A stretch of DNA of 64,000 bases from an uncultured Clostridia bacterium (GCA_934754475.1 CAKVHV010000002.1:951-64950), one strand, 5' to 3'; positions 27,541 to 38,367 are shown, counted from the stretch's first letter. Translations and numbers: made by a program. Notes: a model not told the origin generated them from the sequence alone.

Positions 27541-27675
27541 ATCTATGTTACATGCTTTGTTAATTTCATTCACAAATCAACTTGCTATCGCAAATTCCAC
27601 GATTAAATCGTGGTAACATAGATTGATAAACATCAGTTTTGCTTGAAAATGACTTCGTCGCTTTCAGACAAAACT
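27541..27675 (-). repeat. Single family C module (type B) in inverted orientation
   Basis: Core at 27541-27623: closing stem atctatgtta/taacatagat, CCACGA-ttta-TCGTGG and TTTGC-gata-GCAAA on the minus strand. The leader shares ctgatgtttatcaatctatg with 20070-20090. Confidence 0.85.
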
Positions 27676-27908
27676 TTTAATAAATTTGAAAAATGTTTTC
27701 AATATAAATGGAAGTTATTTTCAAAAGTGTAAGATAAATTTTTAAGATAAAATAAAATTTATATTCAAAAAAATTGTCTACTATGTATAACTTATATATT
27801 TAATTAATTATAAATAACCTTTAAAATACCCTAAAATTACTTGAATAGAAAATTAAAATAGTATATAATTACTAGGTGTAACAAATTAATAAAAAAGGTG
27901 AACAATCT

Positions 27909-30900
27909 ATGTCAAACACTAAAAATTACAAAATAAAAAGTATAATTTGTAGCATGTTATTATGCTTTGCTATGATAATCTCTGCATTTGTCGGAATTAA
28001 TTTTAAGGCAAATGATGTTGTTATGGCTGATGACGGCTCAAATTATAGAGTAGTAAATGTCTCTAGCGATTTGCTTAGCAGTTATTACAACTTTAATACA
28101 ACTTCATCCACAAGGTCTGCTCCTGCAACTCCAAATGGTTGGTCAGTAATTACTGGGGTTGGAAATCAAGTTAACAAAGATAATATTCTAAATGGTATTG
28201 TTGATTTAACTGATGACACAACTTTTTCAACTTCGACTTTCAAGACTTCAAGACCAAAGAACATTTTGGAAAATATAACTTCGGATACCGCTTATTACAA
28301 AAACCTTATGATTAATTCTCATAATGGCGCTGGTAGACTTGGTTACAAGAGCAATTCAATGAACTTGGAAGCAAATAGTTATTACTCTATTTCGGTTAGA
28401 CTATATACAAATCGTACCGAAAAAACAGATAACTACGACGAAACTGATGCATATGCTTCAATTTATCTAAGTGGACTTGAAACAGAAGACTCTCAAGAAA
28501 ACCAAGTTAAGTTCGAAAATATCAACACTTTGGAATCTTGGGTTGACTACACTTTCTACATCGACACTTTTGATAGTGCAAGTGTAAATCTTGAACTTTG
28601 GTTAGGAAGCAAGACAAGTAATGTTCAAGGTGCAGTATTCTTTAATAACGTAACAATCTATAGATATAGCGAAGATTATTACAAAGAATATATTCTAACA
28701 AAATCAGATACCGAAGAAGACAATCACAATATTCTATCTTTTTCTAAATCGTACACCGAACCAGTAACAAATAGTAGTTTTGAAACAACTACTCCACTTG
28801 GCTGGACTAACATTGCAAAAAGCACAACCGATGCCGAAACTCAAAAATGTCAAATTGTTGACGTTAACAATTACACTCTAAAAGATGATGATACTACAGT
28901 TTCTGCACCACGTTCTAACAACTCTGCAAATAATAACCATGCTTTGTTTATGTACAACAAAGAAGAAGGCTATCAAGCAGTAGAGAGTTCAAAATTTACA
29001 ATCGAACAATTAACATACTACAAAGTATCATTCTTTGCTAAATCTAATTGTGGAACTGGCACTGGTGCGACTGTATATTTGGTTGACAAATCAGAAAACG
29101 ATGCAATTGATAGTGCCAAATTAACTTTGGCTACAACTTTTACAAAAAATTCTAACGTTTATCGCAACGACTGGACACAATATAGTTTTTATGTTTATGG
29201 CGACGAACTAGCAGATAAGGAAGTTGCTTTACAAATTTGGTTGGGTACAAACTCAAGCAAAACCAAAGGTTATGTATTTGTAGACGACTTTAGAATGGAA
29301 AAAGTTTCTTATCAAACTTTCTCAAACAATTCTAGTTCTTCAAATTCAACTTCACTTAATTTCAATAACGAAAGTGCAAGTTTTGTAGTTATTAACTCAA
29401 ACTTCAACAAAACTCAAAACGAAGACTACAATACCACTTACCCACTAGCACCAAGCAACTGGGCAAAATCTGGAGATACTAATAGTAACACATTTAGTGG
29501 CGTAATCAAGGCTAATGCCGAACATTTTGATGCTAACAAATCTAGTTATACAAATACTTCAATTGTTCCATCAAGACCAGCAAATCACCCTATTTATGGC
29601 GATAATAACAACGTTTTGATGATTGGAAGCACAAACGAAAACAATACTCAATCTTATGAAAGTGATAGCATGACACTTAGTTCAAATAGTTATTACAAAC
29701 TAAGTTTCTATGTATTCACCGATTATTTCAAGAGCAACCTTAATAACAATGGTGCAAGAGTTACCCTTAAGAATAGTTCAAGAGTATTATTTGATTATCA
29801 AAATATCTGTTTTACTGACAATGGTTGGCACTTATTTGAAACATATATCAAAACTGGAAACAACTCCGAAAATGCTAATTTGTTCCTAGCATTTGAAAAA
29901 ACAACTGGTTATGTATATTTTGACGATATTAAGTTGGAAACAACTAAGGAAGCAATTTATAATAACTTTACAAAACAACCAAATGTGATTTACTCAAAAG
30001 TTGATTTGAGTTTTGAAAACTTTGATAACAAGACATTCAATACAAATACAAAAATTCAAACTCCAAACAACTGGGATGGTGCTGGACAAGATTCAGATAC
30101 CCCAACCGAAAGCGGAATAATTAGCATGGATAACGATAGTCTTGCACTTATTCCACCTACTCTATCTGGCAACAAAAATGTGCTTATGATTAATAGTTTG
30201 CATAATGTAAATTATGCCTATACTAGCAAAGAAAGTTTCAACTTTGCATCAAAAACATATTACAAAATCACTGTTAATGTTCTTACAAACAACCTTGTAG
30301 CCGAGAATACCGAAGATAGCGAAGGCTATGGCGCAAGCATCATTTTGAATGGTTCAAAAGATATTATTGTCAAAGGCATTAATACAAATGGTGTATGGAA
30401 GACATTTACAATTTATCTAAGTAGCGAAGATGCTATTAATAGCACAATTTCACTAGGACTTGGCGCTACCAACCAAAAGATTAGCGGAATGGTTTTGTTT
30501 GATAATCTCAAAATCGAAACCACTGACCAAGATACTTTCCTTGAAGATTTGAAAACAACTGATGACGACTACACCAAGTGTTTCATCAACTACACCGAAC
30601 AGACCGAAACCAACGAAGAAGAATCAACTTGGTCAAATGAATTTAACTGGCTAATTCTTCCAAGTTTAATTACTGCACTTGCAATTATTATTGCTGTACT
30701 TGGATTCTATGTAAGAAAGATTAACTTTAGTAAAAAGCCAAAAATCAAAACAAAATACGATAGAAGAAAGACTCTTGACAAAGACATCGACAAACGTGAA
30801 AGAATTGTTCTTAGACAACAGATTATTGATGAATTGAATGCCGAACTCAAATCAATAGATGACGAAATCGAAGAGTACAATAGATTATCCGCTCAAAAAC

Positions 30901-31451
30901 TCGAAGAAATGAAAGCTCAAATCTTGGAAGAAAAACAAGTTATTGAACGTCAAAAACTAGAAATCGAGATTAAGAAGAAAGAAGCAACTGCCGAACGTGA
31001 AAAACAACTAAAAGCAAATCCAGAACTTGTAAGCAATGTTAAGGCAGAAAAAGAATTTGAAAAATTACTCTCTCATCTTGACAAACAAGAAATGAGTTTG
31101 CAAAAACAAATTAATCAAAAAGATGTCAAACTTGAATCTACAAAAGAAGCAGATAAATCTAAACTTTCAAAATTCTTAGAAAGAAAAGAATTTATCAAGA
31201 ACGAAATTGCTAAGATTGAAGCCGAAATCGAAGAGATTGCCAAAGAAGAAGCTGAAATGTGGGAAGAATACAAGAAAGCTAAGATGGAAGCAAAACAAAG
31301 AAAAGCCGAAATCAAAGCTGAAAAAGCATGTCAGCCCCCTGCAAAATCTACAAAAAAGAAATCAATTACCAAACCAGCGGATTCAAAAACAACTCAAGAT
31401 GAAGCAAAAGTTAGTCAAGAACAAAATAGTTCTAACGACAAAAACAACTAA
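27909..31451 (+). CDS. Large type I membrane protein: four CBM-like jelly-roll modules outside, one TM helix, ~250-aa coiled-coil tail inside
   Basis: Signal/anchor at aa 10-35. Four ~180-200-aa modules share NxLMIN, YYK(I/L/V)S, W..F..Y and G.V.F(D/N)(D/N) motifs. TM helix WLILPSLITALAIIIAVLGFYV. K/E-rich heptad-like tail. Confidence 0.7.
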   Translation: MSNTKNYKIKSIICSMLLCFAMIISAFVGINFKANDVVMADDGSNYRVVNVSSDLLSSYYNFNTTSSTRSAPATPNGWSVITGVGNQVNKDNILNGIVDLTDDTTFSTSTFKTSRPKNILENITSDTAYYKNLMINSHNGAGRLGYKSNSMNLEANSYYSISVRLYTNRTEKTDNYDETDAYASIYLSGLETEDSQENQVKFENINTLESWVDYTFYIDTFDSASVNLELWLGSKTSNVQGAVFFNNVTIYRYSEDYYKEYILTKSDTEEDNHNILSFSKSYTEPVTNSSFETTTPLGWTNIAKSTTDAETQKCQIVDVNNYTLKDDDTTVSAPRSNNSANNNHALFMYNKEEGYQAVESSKFTIEQLTYYKVSFFAKSNCGTGTGATVYLVDKSENDAIDSAKLTLATTFTKNSNVYRNDWTQYSFYVYGDELADKEVALQIWLGTNSSKTKGYVFVDDFRMEKVSYQTFSNNSSSSNSTSLNFNNESASFVVINSNFNKTQNEDYNTTYPLAPSNWAKSGDTNSNTFSGVIKANAEHFDANKSSYTNTSIVPSRPANHPIYGDNNNVLMIGSTNENNTQSYESDSMTLSSNSYYKLSFYVFTDYFKSNLNNNGARVTLKNSSRVLFDYQNICFTDNGWHLFETYIKTGNNSENANLFLAFEKTTGYVYFDDIKLETTKEAIYNNFTKQPNVIYSKVDLSFENFDNKTFNTNTKIQTPNNWDGAGQDSDTPTESGIISMDNDSLALIPPTLSGNKNVLMINSLHNVNYAYTSKESFNFASKTYYKITVNVLTNNLVAENTEDSEGYGASIILNGSKDIIVKGINTNGVWKTFTIYLSSEDAINSTISLGLGATNQKISGMVLFDNLKIETTDQDTFLEDLKTTDDDYTKCFINYTEQTETNEEESTWSNEFNWLILPSLITALAIIIAVLGFYVRKINFSKKPKIKTKYDRRKTLDKDIDKRERIVLRQQIIDELNAELKSIDDEIEEYNRLSAQKLEEMKAQILEEKQVIERQKLEIEIKKKEATAEREKQLKANPELVSNVKAEKEFEKLLSHLDKQEMSLQKQINQKDVKLESTKEADKSKLSKFLERKEFIKNEIAKIEAEIEEIAKEEAEMWEEYKKAKMEAKQRKAEIKAEKACQPPAKSTKKKSITKPADSKTTQDEAKVSQEQNSSNDKNN

Positions 31452-31466
31452 TGACGAACGAAAAAA

Positions 31467-31492
31467 TGCCTAATCACTTAGGCATTTTTTTT
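31467..31492 (+). terminator. Rho-independent terminator
   Basis: tgcctaa-tcac-ttaggca followed by T8. Confidence 0.7.
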
Positions 31493-31541
31493 GTTATATT
31501 TTTAAAATAAATCAATTTTTAGTCAAATTTAAATTAGACTC

Positions 31542-32744
31542 TTAAATCAACTCGCTTTTGTTTGTTTTAAAATTAGGAACGCAAAAACTATCTTTGTCTC
31601 TTACAACTCCTGATATTTTATTGTTTTTCAAATTAAGTGTGGTAATCATTCTATTTCTTAGTAATTTAAAATCAAAATAATTTTCAAAGGCTTGTTTTTT
31701 GGTGTCGGAATTAATCCAAAGATTTGAAAAGACCATATAATAATCATTTGTCTCAAATTTTTCAGCCAAGATAGCTGAGAAAATTTCCATTACTTCCTTA
31801 TTATAGTTTTTGTTAGAAACCATCCAAGAAATATCATGTTCGTTTTTGTATTCACCACCGACAGTATACATCGTCTTGGAAACAAATACTCTACCCATAG
31901 TTGTTTGCAATCCAAGTGAAGTATTTTTGGTTATTAACATACTGCCCACTACTTCGTCATTATCATTAATTAGGATTGTCAAGTCATCTGTCTCAAACAA
32001 ATTTTTGATTGATTTGAGATAGTTTAAGTATACCTTGTCAGTAATTACCAATGGATAACCAGATATAGAATTTTCGTACATTAAGTCAAAAATTTTTCTT
32101 GCGTACATGGCTACTTTGAATTTAACTGAACCATCAACCAAGCGAAGTTTTGCTTTTGATAAATTTTTGTAAATACTATCTTTAACATCAGTTAAATCAA
32201 AATTATCTTTCAAAGTTAATGAGTATTCACTAAATTTTTTGGCAAAAGTAAAACCAAACTCTTTGAAATGTTCCAAATAATATGAATAATTAAATCCTTG
32301 TTGATAGGTTGAAATTGCTTGAGATGAATTTTTGGAAACCAATCCAATTTGACCCAAATCATTAAAGTTAAGAGAACCTACTTCGCAAGTTGCCCCTTGA
32401 GTCTTTGCCCAATCAGACAAAGCATTAAGCAAAGCAAAAGATACTTCGGTGTCATTAATAAAGTCAAAATGTGAAAATCTCACAATACCACTTTGTTCTT
32501 TTTCAACTCTATTAATAATTCCAAGAATTCGCCCTACAACCTTCCCTTCTTGATAAGCCAAAAATCCAATTATCTCGTTTGAAACAAGGCTAGGATTTTT
32601 TTTGTGCGAAAACAATTTTTGTTCACTCTTTTGATAACGTGGACAATATTGTTTGCAATCACTATACAAATAATCTACAAATTTAAAGAAATCTTTAATT
32701 TGTTTTTTTGTTTTTACAATCTTTATTTCAACCATACAAAACAC
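31542..32744 (-). CDS. Hypothetical protein, possibly GNAT-fold acyltransferase-like (400 aa)
   Basis: The N-terminal third (..FLAYQEGKVVGRILGIINRVE..) recalls large GNAT-like proteins. The start is ambiguous: GTG 32744 or ATG 32735. Confidence 0.35.
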   Translation of the reverse strand: MFCMVEIKIVKTKKQIKDFFKFVDYLYSDCKQYCPRYQKSEQKLFSHKKNPSLVSNEIIGFLAYQEGKVVGRILGIINRVEKEQSGIVRFSHFDFINDTEVSFALLNALSDWAKTQGATCEVGSLNFNDLGQIGLVSKNSSQAISTYQQGFNYSYYLEHFKEFGFTFAKKFSEYSLTLKDNFDLTDVKDSIYKNLSKAKLRLVDGSVKFKVAMYARKIFDLMYENSISGYPLVITDKVYLNYLKSIKNLFETDDLTILINDNDEVVGSMLITKNTSLGLQTTMGRVFVSKTMYTVGGEYKNEHDISWMVSNKNYNKEVMEIFSAILAEKFETNDYYMVFSNLWINSDTKKQAFENYFDFKLLRNRMITTLNLKNNKISGVVRDKDSFCVPNFKTNKSELI

Positions 32745-32799
32745 TCAACCTTTTGGTTATTTTACAACAAATATGCGGTTTTTGTCAATTACTAGCACG

Positions 32800-33222
32800 T
32801 TATATCCACAAAATTTGTCCAACGAATAGTTTTTCGGTCTTTAAGTCATTATTTTGTATCAAATCAGATGTAGTTACACCAAATTTAAATGCTATGTCTT
32901 GTAGTGTTTCAAGTGGTGAGACTACATATCTAATACTCTTAGGTTTGGTCAATATTATTTCATCGCCACTACTTACACTCAAAGCTTCTGTTTTGAAACC
33001 CCTAGCCAAAATGTCTAGTAGACTTTCATTATTTTTAACTTTGTAGTCATATGCTGGCAAATAATTATTTACAATTATTACATCATCCAAACCTTTGTCA
33101 ATTGTTGCATATTTATATCCAAATATTCTATCTTCAGCCAATTCAATATCTCTTGCTTCCTTAAATTCGTATTTGATTTTGTCAAGGCTATCTCCACGAT
33201 TTAGCAAATAAATTTCTTTCAT
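32800..33222 (-). CDS. LysM domain protein
   Basis: C-terminal YVVSPLETLQDIAFKFGVTTSDLIQNNDLKTEKLFVGQILWI matches the LysM consensus. Confidence 0.7.
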   Translation of the reverse strand: MKEIYLLNRGDSLDKIKYEFKEARDIELAEDRIFGYKYATIDKGLDDVIIVNNYLPAYDYKVKNNESLLDILARGFKTEALSVSSGDEIILTKPKSIRYVVSPLETLQDIAFKFGVTTSDLIQNNDLKTEKLFVGQILWI

Positions 33223-33459
33223 ATTATCTCCTTTAAGGTTATTTAAATATATGAAAAGAATTTTTATTATATGAAAAAAATAAATTACAAATTTAATTTT
33301 AAAAAAATCTTATTTAAAATTATTTAATTATTACTCAATTTTTAATTACAAAAGCACTTGCTTAATTTTTTTTGAGAATATTAACAAATTTCAAATAGTA
33401 TAGTAATATATATTTCAAAAAAATTTAAGGGGTGGGTTATCAAAAAAGTTATCAAAGCA

Positions 33460-34950
33460 ATGCTAATGCTTACAATTTTTAGCGTTCTAACTAGATGTCT
33501 AGGTTTTATCTTTAAGATTTATTTAACCAAGATTATGACCACAACTGAACTTGGTGTTTATAATTTGAGTGTATCTGTATATATGGTTATGATAACACTA
33601 GTTGGAGCAAGTATTCCACTGACAATTTCCAAAATAACCGCAAGCAACAATACTCTCCACCACGAAAACGAAACAAAGTATAGTGTAACATCTTCACTAA
33701 TTATGACCAGCGGATTTTCACTACTAATATCCGCACTACTTCTAATAAGCAAACCACTTCTTACAATAATAATTGGTGACCCTATTGGATACTACATAAT
33801 AATTTCTTTGATTCCGTCAATTGTGTTTACAGCGATATACTCCCAAATTCGTGGTTATTTATGGGGAATAGAAAACTACTTTGCAGTTAGCATAGTTGAA
33901 TTTGTTGAACAGATTTTGAGAATTGCATTTTGTATAACGTTTGTACTAACTGGTTGGTTTTCGTCACCAGTAATTGCGGTCGGAATGGCTCTAAGCATTG
34001 CATGTGCATTAAGTACAATTTATGGAATTATATTGTATCTAAAGAATGGTGGTAGATTTAAGTACAAAAATGGATATTTCAAATCTATTATCAAATCCAC
34101 TCTCCCTTTGACGGGTGTAAGATTATTTGGAAGTCTACTTCAACCACTAGTTGCAATAATTATTCCTTATAGACTAACAAGACTTGGAATGTCCAAAGAC
34201 TTGGCACTAAGCGAACTTGGAATAGTTATGGGAATGACGATGCCTTTGCTTTCAATTCCTTCTACAATAATTGGAGCATTGTGCATGATACTAATTCCAC
34301 GAATAAACACTGTTAATTCTAAAGAAGAACTCAAACGACAGATTAACAACTATCTAAAGTTTACACTCACTTGTATTTTTGTATTCCTTCCAATATTTTT
34401 GACTCTCAGCACTCACTTGTGCGTATATGTCTACAACAATATTGATGCCGGAATTTATATGGCGAGATGTTCGTGGATTGTCGTTGCATTAGGACTATCT
34501 CAATTAACTACATCAATTTTGAATGCACTTAATCAAGAGAACAAAACATTTATCTATTATGTAATAAGTTGTGTAATAATGATAATTCTTTCGCTTATAC
34601 TCCCAAATTTCTTTGGAATTAAGTCAATGCTTATTGCATCAGGAGTTAGTTCAATTGTATTAGTTATACTTAATCTTTACAAACTAAATCGTCAAATTGG
34701 AATAAAAACACACTTAATAAAAACCATAATTTATCACTCACTAATTTGTATTCCCGTTATAATACTCAACAAATTTTGTTATAATATTTTTGTAAATTTT
34801 GTAAGCACATTCTTTGCAATTGCATTTACTTCAGTTATAAGTGTTCTTAGTTATTTAGGATTACTCTTTGTTTTTGGAATACTCGATGTTAATATTATCA
34901 AAGACTACTTTTTAAATAAATTCAAATCTAAGAAAAATAGTAATTGTTAA
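33460..34950 (+). CDS. MOP-superfamily flippase (SpoVB/MurJ-like polysaccharide biosynthesis protein)
   Basis: About 14 TM helices with a SpoVB-like N-terminus. ATG 33460 has no RBS, whereas an AAGGGG box lies 6 nt before an in-frame ATC at 33439, so the true start is uncertain. Confidence 0.7.
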   Translation: MLMLTIFSVLTRCLGFIFKIYLTKIMTTTELGVYNLSVSVYMVMITLVGASIPLTISKITASNNTLHHENETKYSVTSSLIMTSGFSLLISALLLISKPLLTIIIGDPIGYYIIISLIPSIVFTAIYSQIRGYLWGIENYFAVSIVEFVEQILRIAFCITFVLTGWFSSPVIAVGMALSIACALSTIYGIILYLKNGGRFKYKNGYFKSIIKSTLPLTGVRLFGSLLQPLVAIIIPYRLTRLGMSKDLALSELGIVMGMTMPLLSIPSTIIGALCMILIPRINTVNSKEELKRQINNYLKFTLTCIFVFLPIFLTLSTHLCVYVYNNIDAGIYMARCSWIVVALGLSQLTTSILNALNQENKTFIYYVISCVIMIILSLILPNFFGIKSMLIASGVSSIVLVILNLYKLNRQIGIKTHLIKTIIYHSLICIPVIILNKFCYNIFVNFVSTFFAIAFTSVISVLSYLGLLFVFGILDVNIIKDYFLNKFKSKKNSNC

Positions 34951-35100
34951 TAATCAGACTTCTAGCAATTATATTAAAAATCAAATTATTTTTTAATTAT
35001 TAATTTTTTAAGTATAAACATATAAAAACTATCACAAAAAAACATGCAAAAAAACAAACCCTACAGCCAAAATGTAAGGTTTGTTAAATCGCATGTTTTT

Positions 35101-35469
35101 TTACTTTTCTATTTTTGGAAGTAGAGTCATCGAAGAACAAACTAGTCCTATCGACAAAAGTATAACCAATGCCTTAACATCAATGTTTTCATTAATACAA
35201 AGTATCAATGTAACAAGTGCCATAACCATCGCAACAAATCTAAAAATTAAATCCATAAACTTAATTATTCTCTTGTTTTTGGACTCTTTTTTTTGGTCAA
35301 TAGCGAGATTTATTCTATCTACTTCTTCAGAAGTCAACTCCAAATCTTGAGAATTATTCAAAATCTTTTCAAGTGTAGCACTTGAAATTCCTAAATTCTT
35401 TGCACATTTTGACGAAGAAAAGTTATTCTTTTCCATGTAAGATTTTACTTTTTCACTTAACTTATTCAT
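35101..35469 (-). CDS. Membrane-anchored helix-turn-helix protein
   Basis: XRE-like HTH (SSSKCAKNLGISSATLEKILNN) followed by two TM helices. Confidence 0.5.
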   Translation of the reverse strand: MNKLSEKVKSYMEKNNFSSSKCAKNLGISSATLEKILNNSQDLELTSEEVDRINLAIDQKKESKNKRIIKFMDLIFRFVAMVMALVTLILCINENIDVKALVILLSIGLVCSSMTLLPKIEK

Positions 35470-35549
35470 AATTACCTTCGGTCTTTTAACATTACAAATA
35501 TTCTAACACAATTTGGTGTTATTACAAAATAAATTTAGATTGTAAACCT

Positions 35550-36059
35550 TTATTTTTTTCTAGTTTTTATTAAATATATTATTGTCCAAATTATCATAAA
35601 TACATCCATCGCAATACTAAAATATGCTTTTGTAATACATGCATAAATTCCCCACAAGAACTTTGTAATTATTAGCACAATTTTAATAAGAACCACACTG
35701 TTTTGCCAAACAGAAAAGCATACTAAAGTTGAAGCAATAATTGGAAAAATATCATACCAAACATCAAAGTTAAAAAGCGAAACAAATATATTAAGTGCAA
35801 CAAAGAATACAAGTAATATTACATAAAAAACCTTGTTGTATTTATCTTTGAATTTGTAAACTATTAGTCTAACAATCGTTATTGCACACAAATAGAGTGC
35901 AATTATTTTGTTTAAAAAATAATACTGCACACCCGAAAACACATTTTGTGTTAAGTTAAAATATATGTACTTTGACCTATTTTTTGAAAGTACACTCAAT
36001 ATCGAAACCACAAAAGCAAGTAAACCAAATGCTTGGGCTATCCAAAAATAATCTATCAT
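35550..36059 (-). CDS. YgjV-like inner membrane protein
   Basis: 169 aa with five to six TM helices. The N-terminus IAQAFGLLAFVVSILSVLSKNR resembles the YgjV family. Confidence 0.45.
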   Translation of the reverse strand: MIDYFWIAQAFGLLAFVVSILSVLSKNRSKYIYFNLTQNVFSGVQYYFLNKIIALYLCAITIVRLIVYKFKDKYNKVFYVILLVFFVALNIFVSLFNFDVWYDIFPIIASTLVCFSVWQNSVVLIKIVLIITKFLWGIYACITKAYFSIAMDVFMIIWTIIYLIKTRKK

Positions 36060-36224
36060 ATTTCAGTATATGAATAAATATTTGAATTTGCATCTTTCAG
36101 ATTTTTGACATTATTTCAAATTTGTCAAATTTAAGGCTATATTACTCGACAAAACTCGACATATTTGATAATATAAAACTAAATATTTGTCAGAGTTTTG
36201 ACCAAATTAATATAAGGAGAATTT

Positions 36225-37133
36225 ATGAACAAATTTGAAATATCCACCGATTCCACTAGCGATTTTTATGAAAGTGAAATCAAACAATACAATTTATATG
36301 TAGGCAAACTTGACTTTATAATGACTGACAAGAGCGGAAAAATCACTGAAAGAAAAGATGACTTCGTTAGTCCCCAAGAATACATAGATTTTTATAACGA
36401 TTTATCCAACGGAATTGTTGCCAAAACATCAATTCTTAATCTTCAAGCACATATTGATTTATTTAGAAAAATGGCTCAAGATGGAATTAAAAATGCTATA
36501 CACATTTCTCAAGGCATGGGACTTAGCCCTACTGTTGTCAATGCAAGAAAGGCAATTGAAGAAGTTAAACTTGAATTTCCGGACATCAATTATGTTGCAA
36601 TAGACAGCAACACCACTACTGTTCAAGAAGGAAATTTAGTTAGAATTGCAATGAAACTAAGAGACAATGGAAAATCCATGAAAGAGACCATTGACTTGTT
36701 AGAAAAGTTTAAAATGCAAACTCAACACTTTATTGTTGTTGATGATTTGATGTATTTAAAACGTGGTGGCAGAATTAGTGCCCTTTCTGCAACAGTTGGA
36801 ACTTTGCTCCAACTCAAACCAATTATTGAATTTACAAAAGAAGGCAAACTCGAAGTTATTCGAAAAGAAAACGGAATTAAAAAAGCATACAAGTCTGTAA
36901 TTGAAGAAATTAAGAGAGACTATACTTTCCACAAAGAATTTGGAAATGCGATAATCGTTCATACAAACAATCCAAATGGTGCAAAACTTATGTCAGATAT
37001 GTTCAACGAAGCTTTTGGATATGTTCCAGAAATAAGAATAATGGGTCCAATTATTGGAGCGCACGTTGGGCCAAATGCTGTAGCGGTTACTTTTCTTTCA
37101 AACGAACAACGTAAATATTCATCTAATAAATAA
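36225..37133 (+). CDS. DegV-family fatty-acid-binding protein
   Basis: STDSTSD N-terminus and GGRISALSATVGTLLQLKPII motif. Confidence 0.8.
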   Translation: MNKFEISTDSTSDFYESEIKQYNLYVGKLDFIMTDKSGKITERKDDFVSPQEYIDFYNDLSNGIVAKTSILNLQAHIDLFRKMAQDGIKNAIHISQGMGLSPTVVNARKAIEEVKLEFPDINYVAIDSNTTTVQEGNLVRIAMKLRDNGKSMKETIDLLEKFKMQTQHFIVVDDLMYLKRGGRISALSATVGTLLQLKPIIEFTKEGKLEVIRKENGIKKAYKSVIEEIKRDYTFHKEFGNAIIVHTNNPNGAKLMSDMFNEAFGYVPEIRIMGPIIGAHVGPNAVAVTFLSNEQRKYSSNK

Positions 37134-37140
37134 CGAAAAA

Positions 37141-37182
37141 AGCATTATAATTGGGATGTATTTCCAAGAATAATGCTTTTTT
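37141..37182 (+). terminator. Rho-independent terminator
   Basis: agcattat...ataatgct stem followed by T5. Confidence 0.6.
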
Positions 37183-37273
37183 GTTATCAACTTTTGACTG
37201 TTTTTGATAATTTTTTCTTTATTCAAAGTCTATTTTGCATAACATTTTACACAATTTAAAGTTGATTTTTTAA

Positions 37274-38104
37274 TTAATCGTCATAATTATCTAAGAAGTT
37301 ATAAGTGTTCTTTCCTTTTTTGTATCCAAGAATTTTATCGAGATTAACATTGCTTGCACTTTTGAATACATTTTTTTCAACATTATCATTATATTTTATC
37401 AAACTTTTGATAAGCAGTTTTGTCTCATGTCTTTTGGAATTTAAATCATGCTCAAGTTCATTTTCTATGCTTTCAGTCATTCTACATGCACATCTTATAA
37501 ATTCTAGTTCACATGCTTCCTTCCAAGCAATAATATCTTTTTCCCTAATCAAATACATTGGTCTGATTAATTCCATGTTTTCAAAGTTGTCGCTATGTAG
37601 TTTTGGCATCATGGTTTGAAAAGAGCCGGCATTTAAGATATTCAAAAGCGTTGTTTCGATTACATCGTCATAATGATGACCAAGTGCAATTTTGTTGCAA
37701 CCACGTTCCTTGGCTAGTCGATACAAAGCCCCCCTACGCATCCTTGCACACAAATAGCATGGACTTCCGCCTACACTATCTGTAACTGAGAATATATCTG
37801 TATTTACAATTTCGGCATTTATGTTCAAATATTTTAGATTATGTTTAATCAAGTCCAAATTCTCTTGATTGTATCCCGGGTTCATAACCAAATAAATAAC
37901 TTCAAAGTTTATGTTTGAATGTTTGTGGAGTTCTTCGAATAATTTGGCAAGTAGCATACTATCTTTTCCGCCAGAGATACACACACAAATTTTGTCATTT
38001 TCGTTTACAAGTTTGTAGTCTTTGATTGCTTTTGTAAATTTTGACCAAAGTCTTGACCTATATGTTGTTATTATTGACCTTTCAATTTCTTGATATTTTT
38101 CCAA
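37274..38104 (-). CDS. ttcA: TtcA-family tRNA thiolation PP-loop ATPase
   Basis: PP-loop CISGGKDS, plus CYLCARMRR and CACRM cysteine motifs. TTG start 7 nt after AAGGA. Confidence 0.65.
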   Translation of the reverse strand: MEKYQEIERSIITTYRSRLWSKFTKAIKDYKLVNENDKICVCISGGKDSMLLAKLFEELHKHSNINFEVIYLVMNPGYNQENLDLIKHNLKYLNINAEIVNTDIFSVTDSVGGSPCYLCARMRRGALYRLAKERGCNKIALGHHYDDVIETTLLNILNAGSFQTMMPKLHSDNFENMELIRPMYLIREKDIIAWKEACELEFIRCACRMTESIENELEHDLNSKRHETKLLIKSLIKYNDNVEKNVFKSASNVNLDKILGYKKGKNTYNFLDNYDD

Positions 38105-38367
38105 TTCTTTTTCCTTAAAATAAAGTTTCAGTAACTAAAATACTAGTAGTAGTCTACAATAATTTAAAAATATTTTCAACTAGTATCCATAAATTTATTT
38201 AATTCTATCAAAATTATTTATTTTGCTAAAAAATATATAACTTTGAAATTAATACTTTTCCATAATTTACATTTTGAAAGAAAACCCGAAAATACATATT
38301 TCGACAAATTTTTACACAAATTATTTGTAGATAGAATTATTATTCTAAATAAAATGGGAGGTAGATT

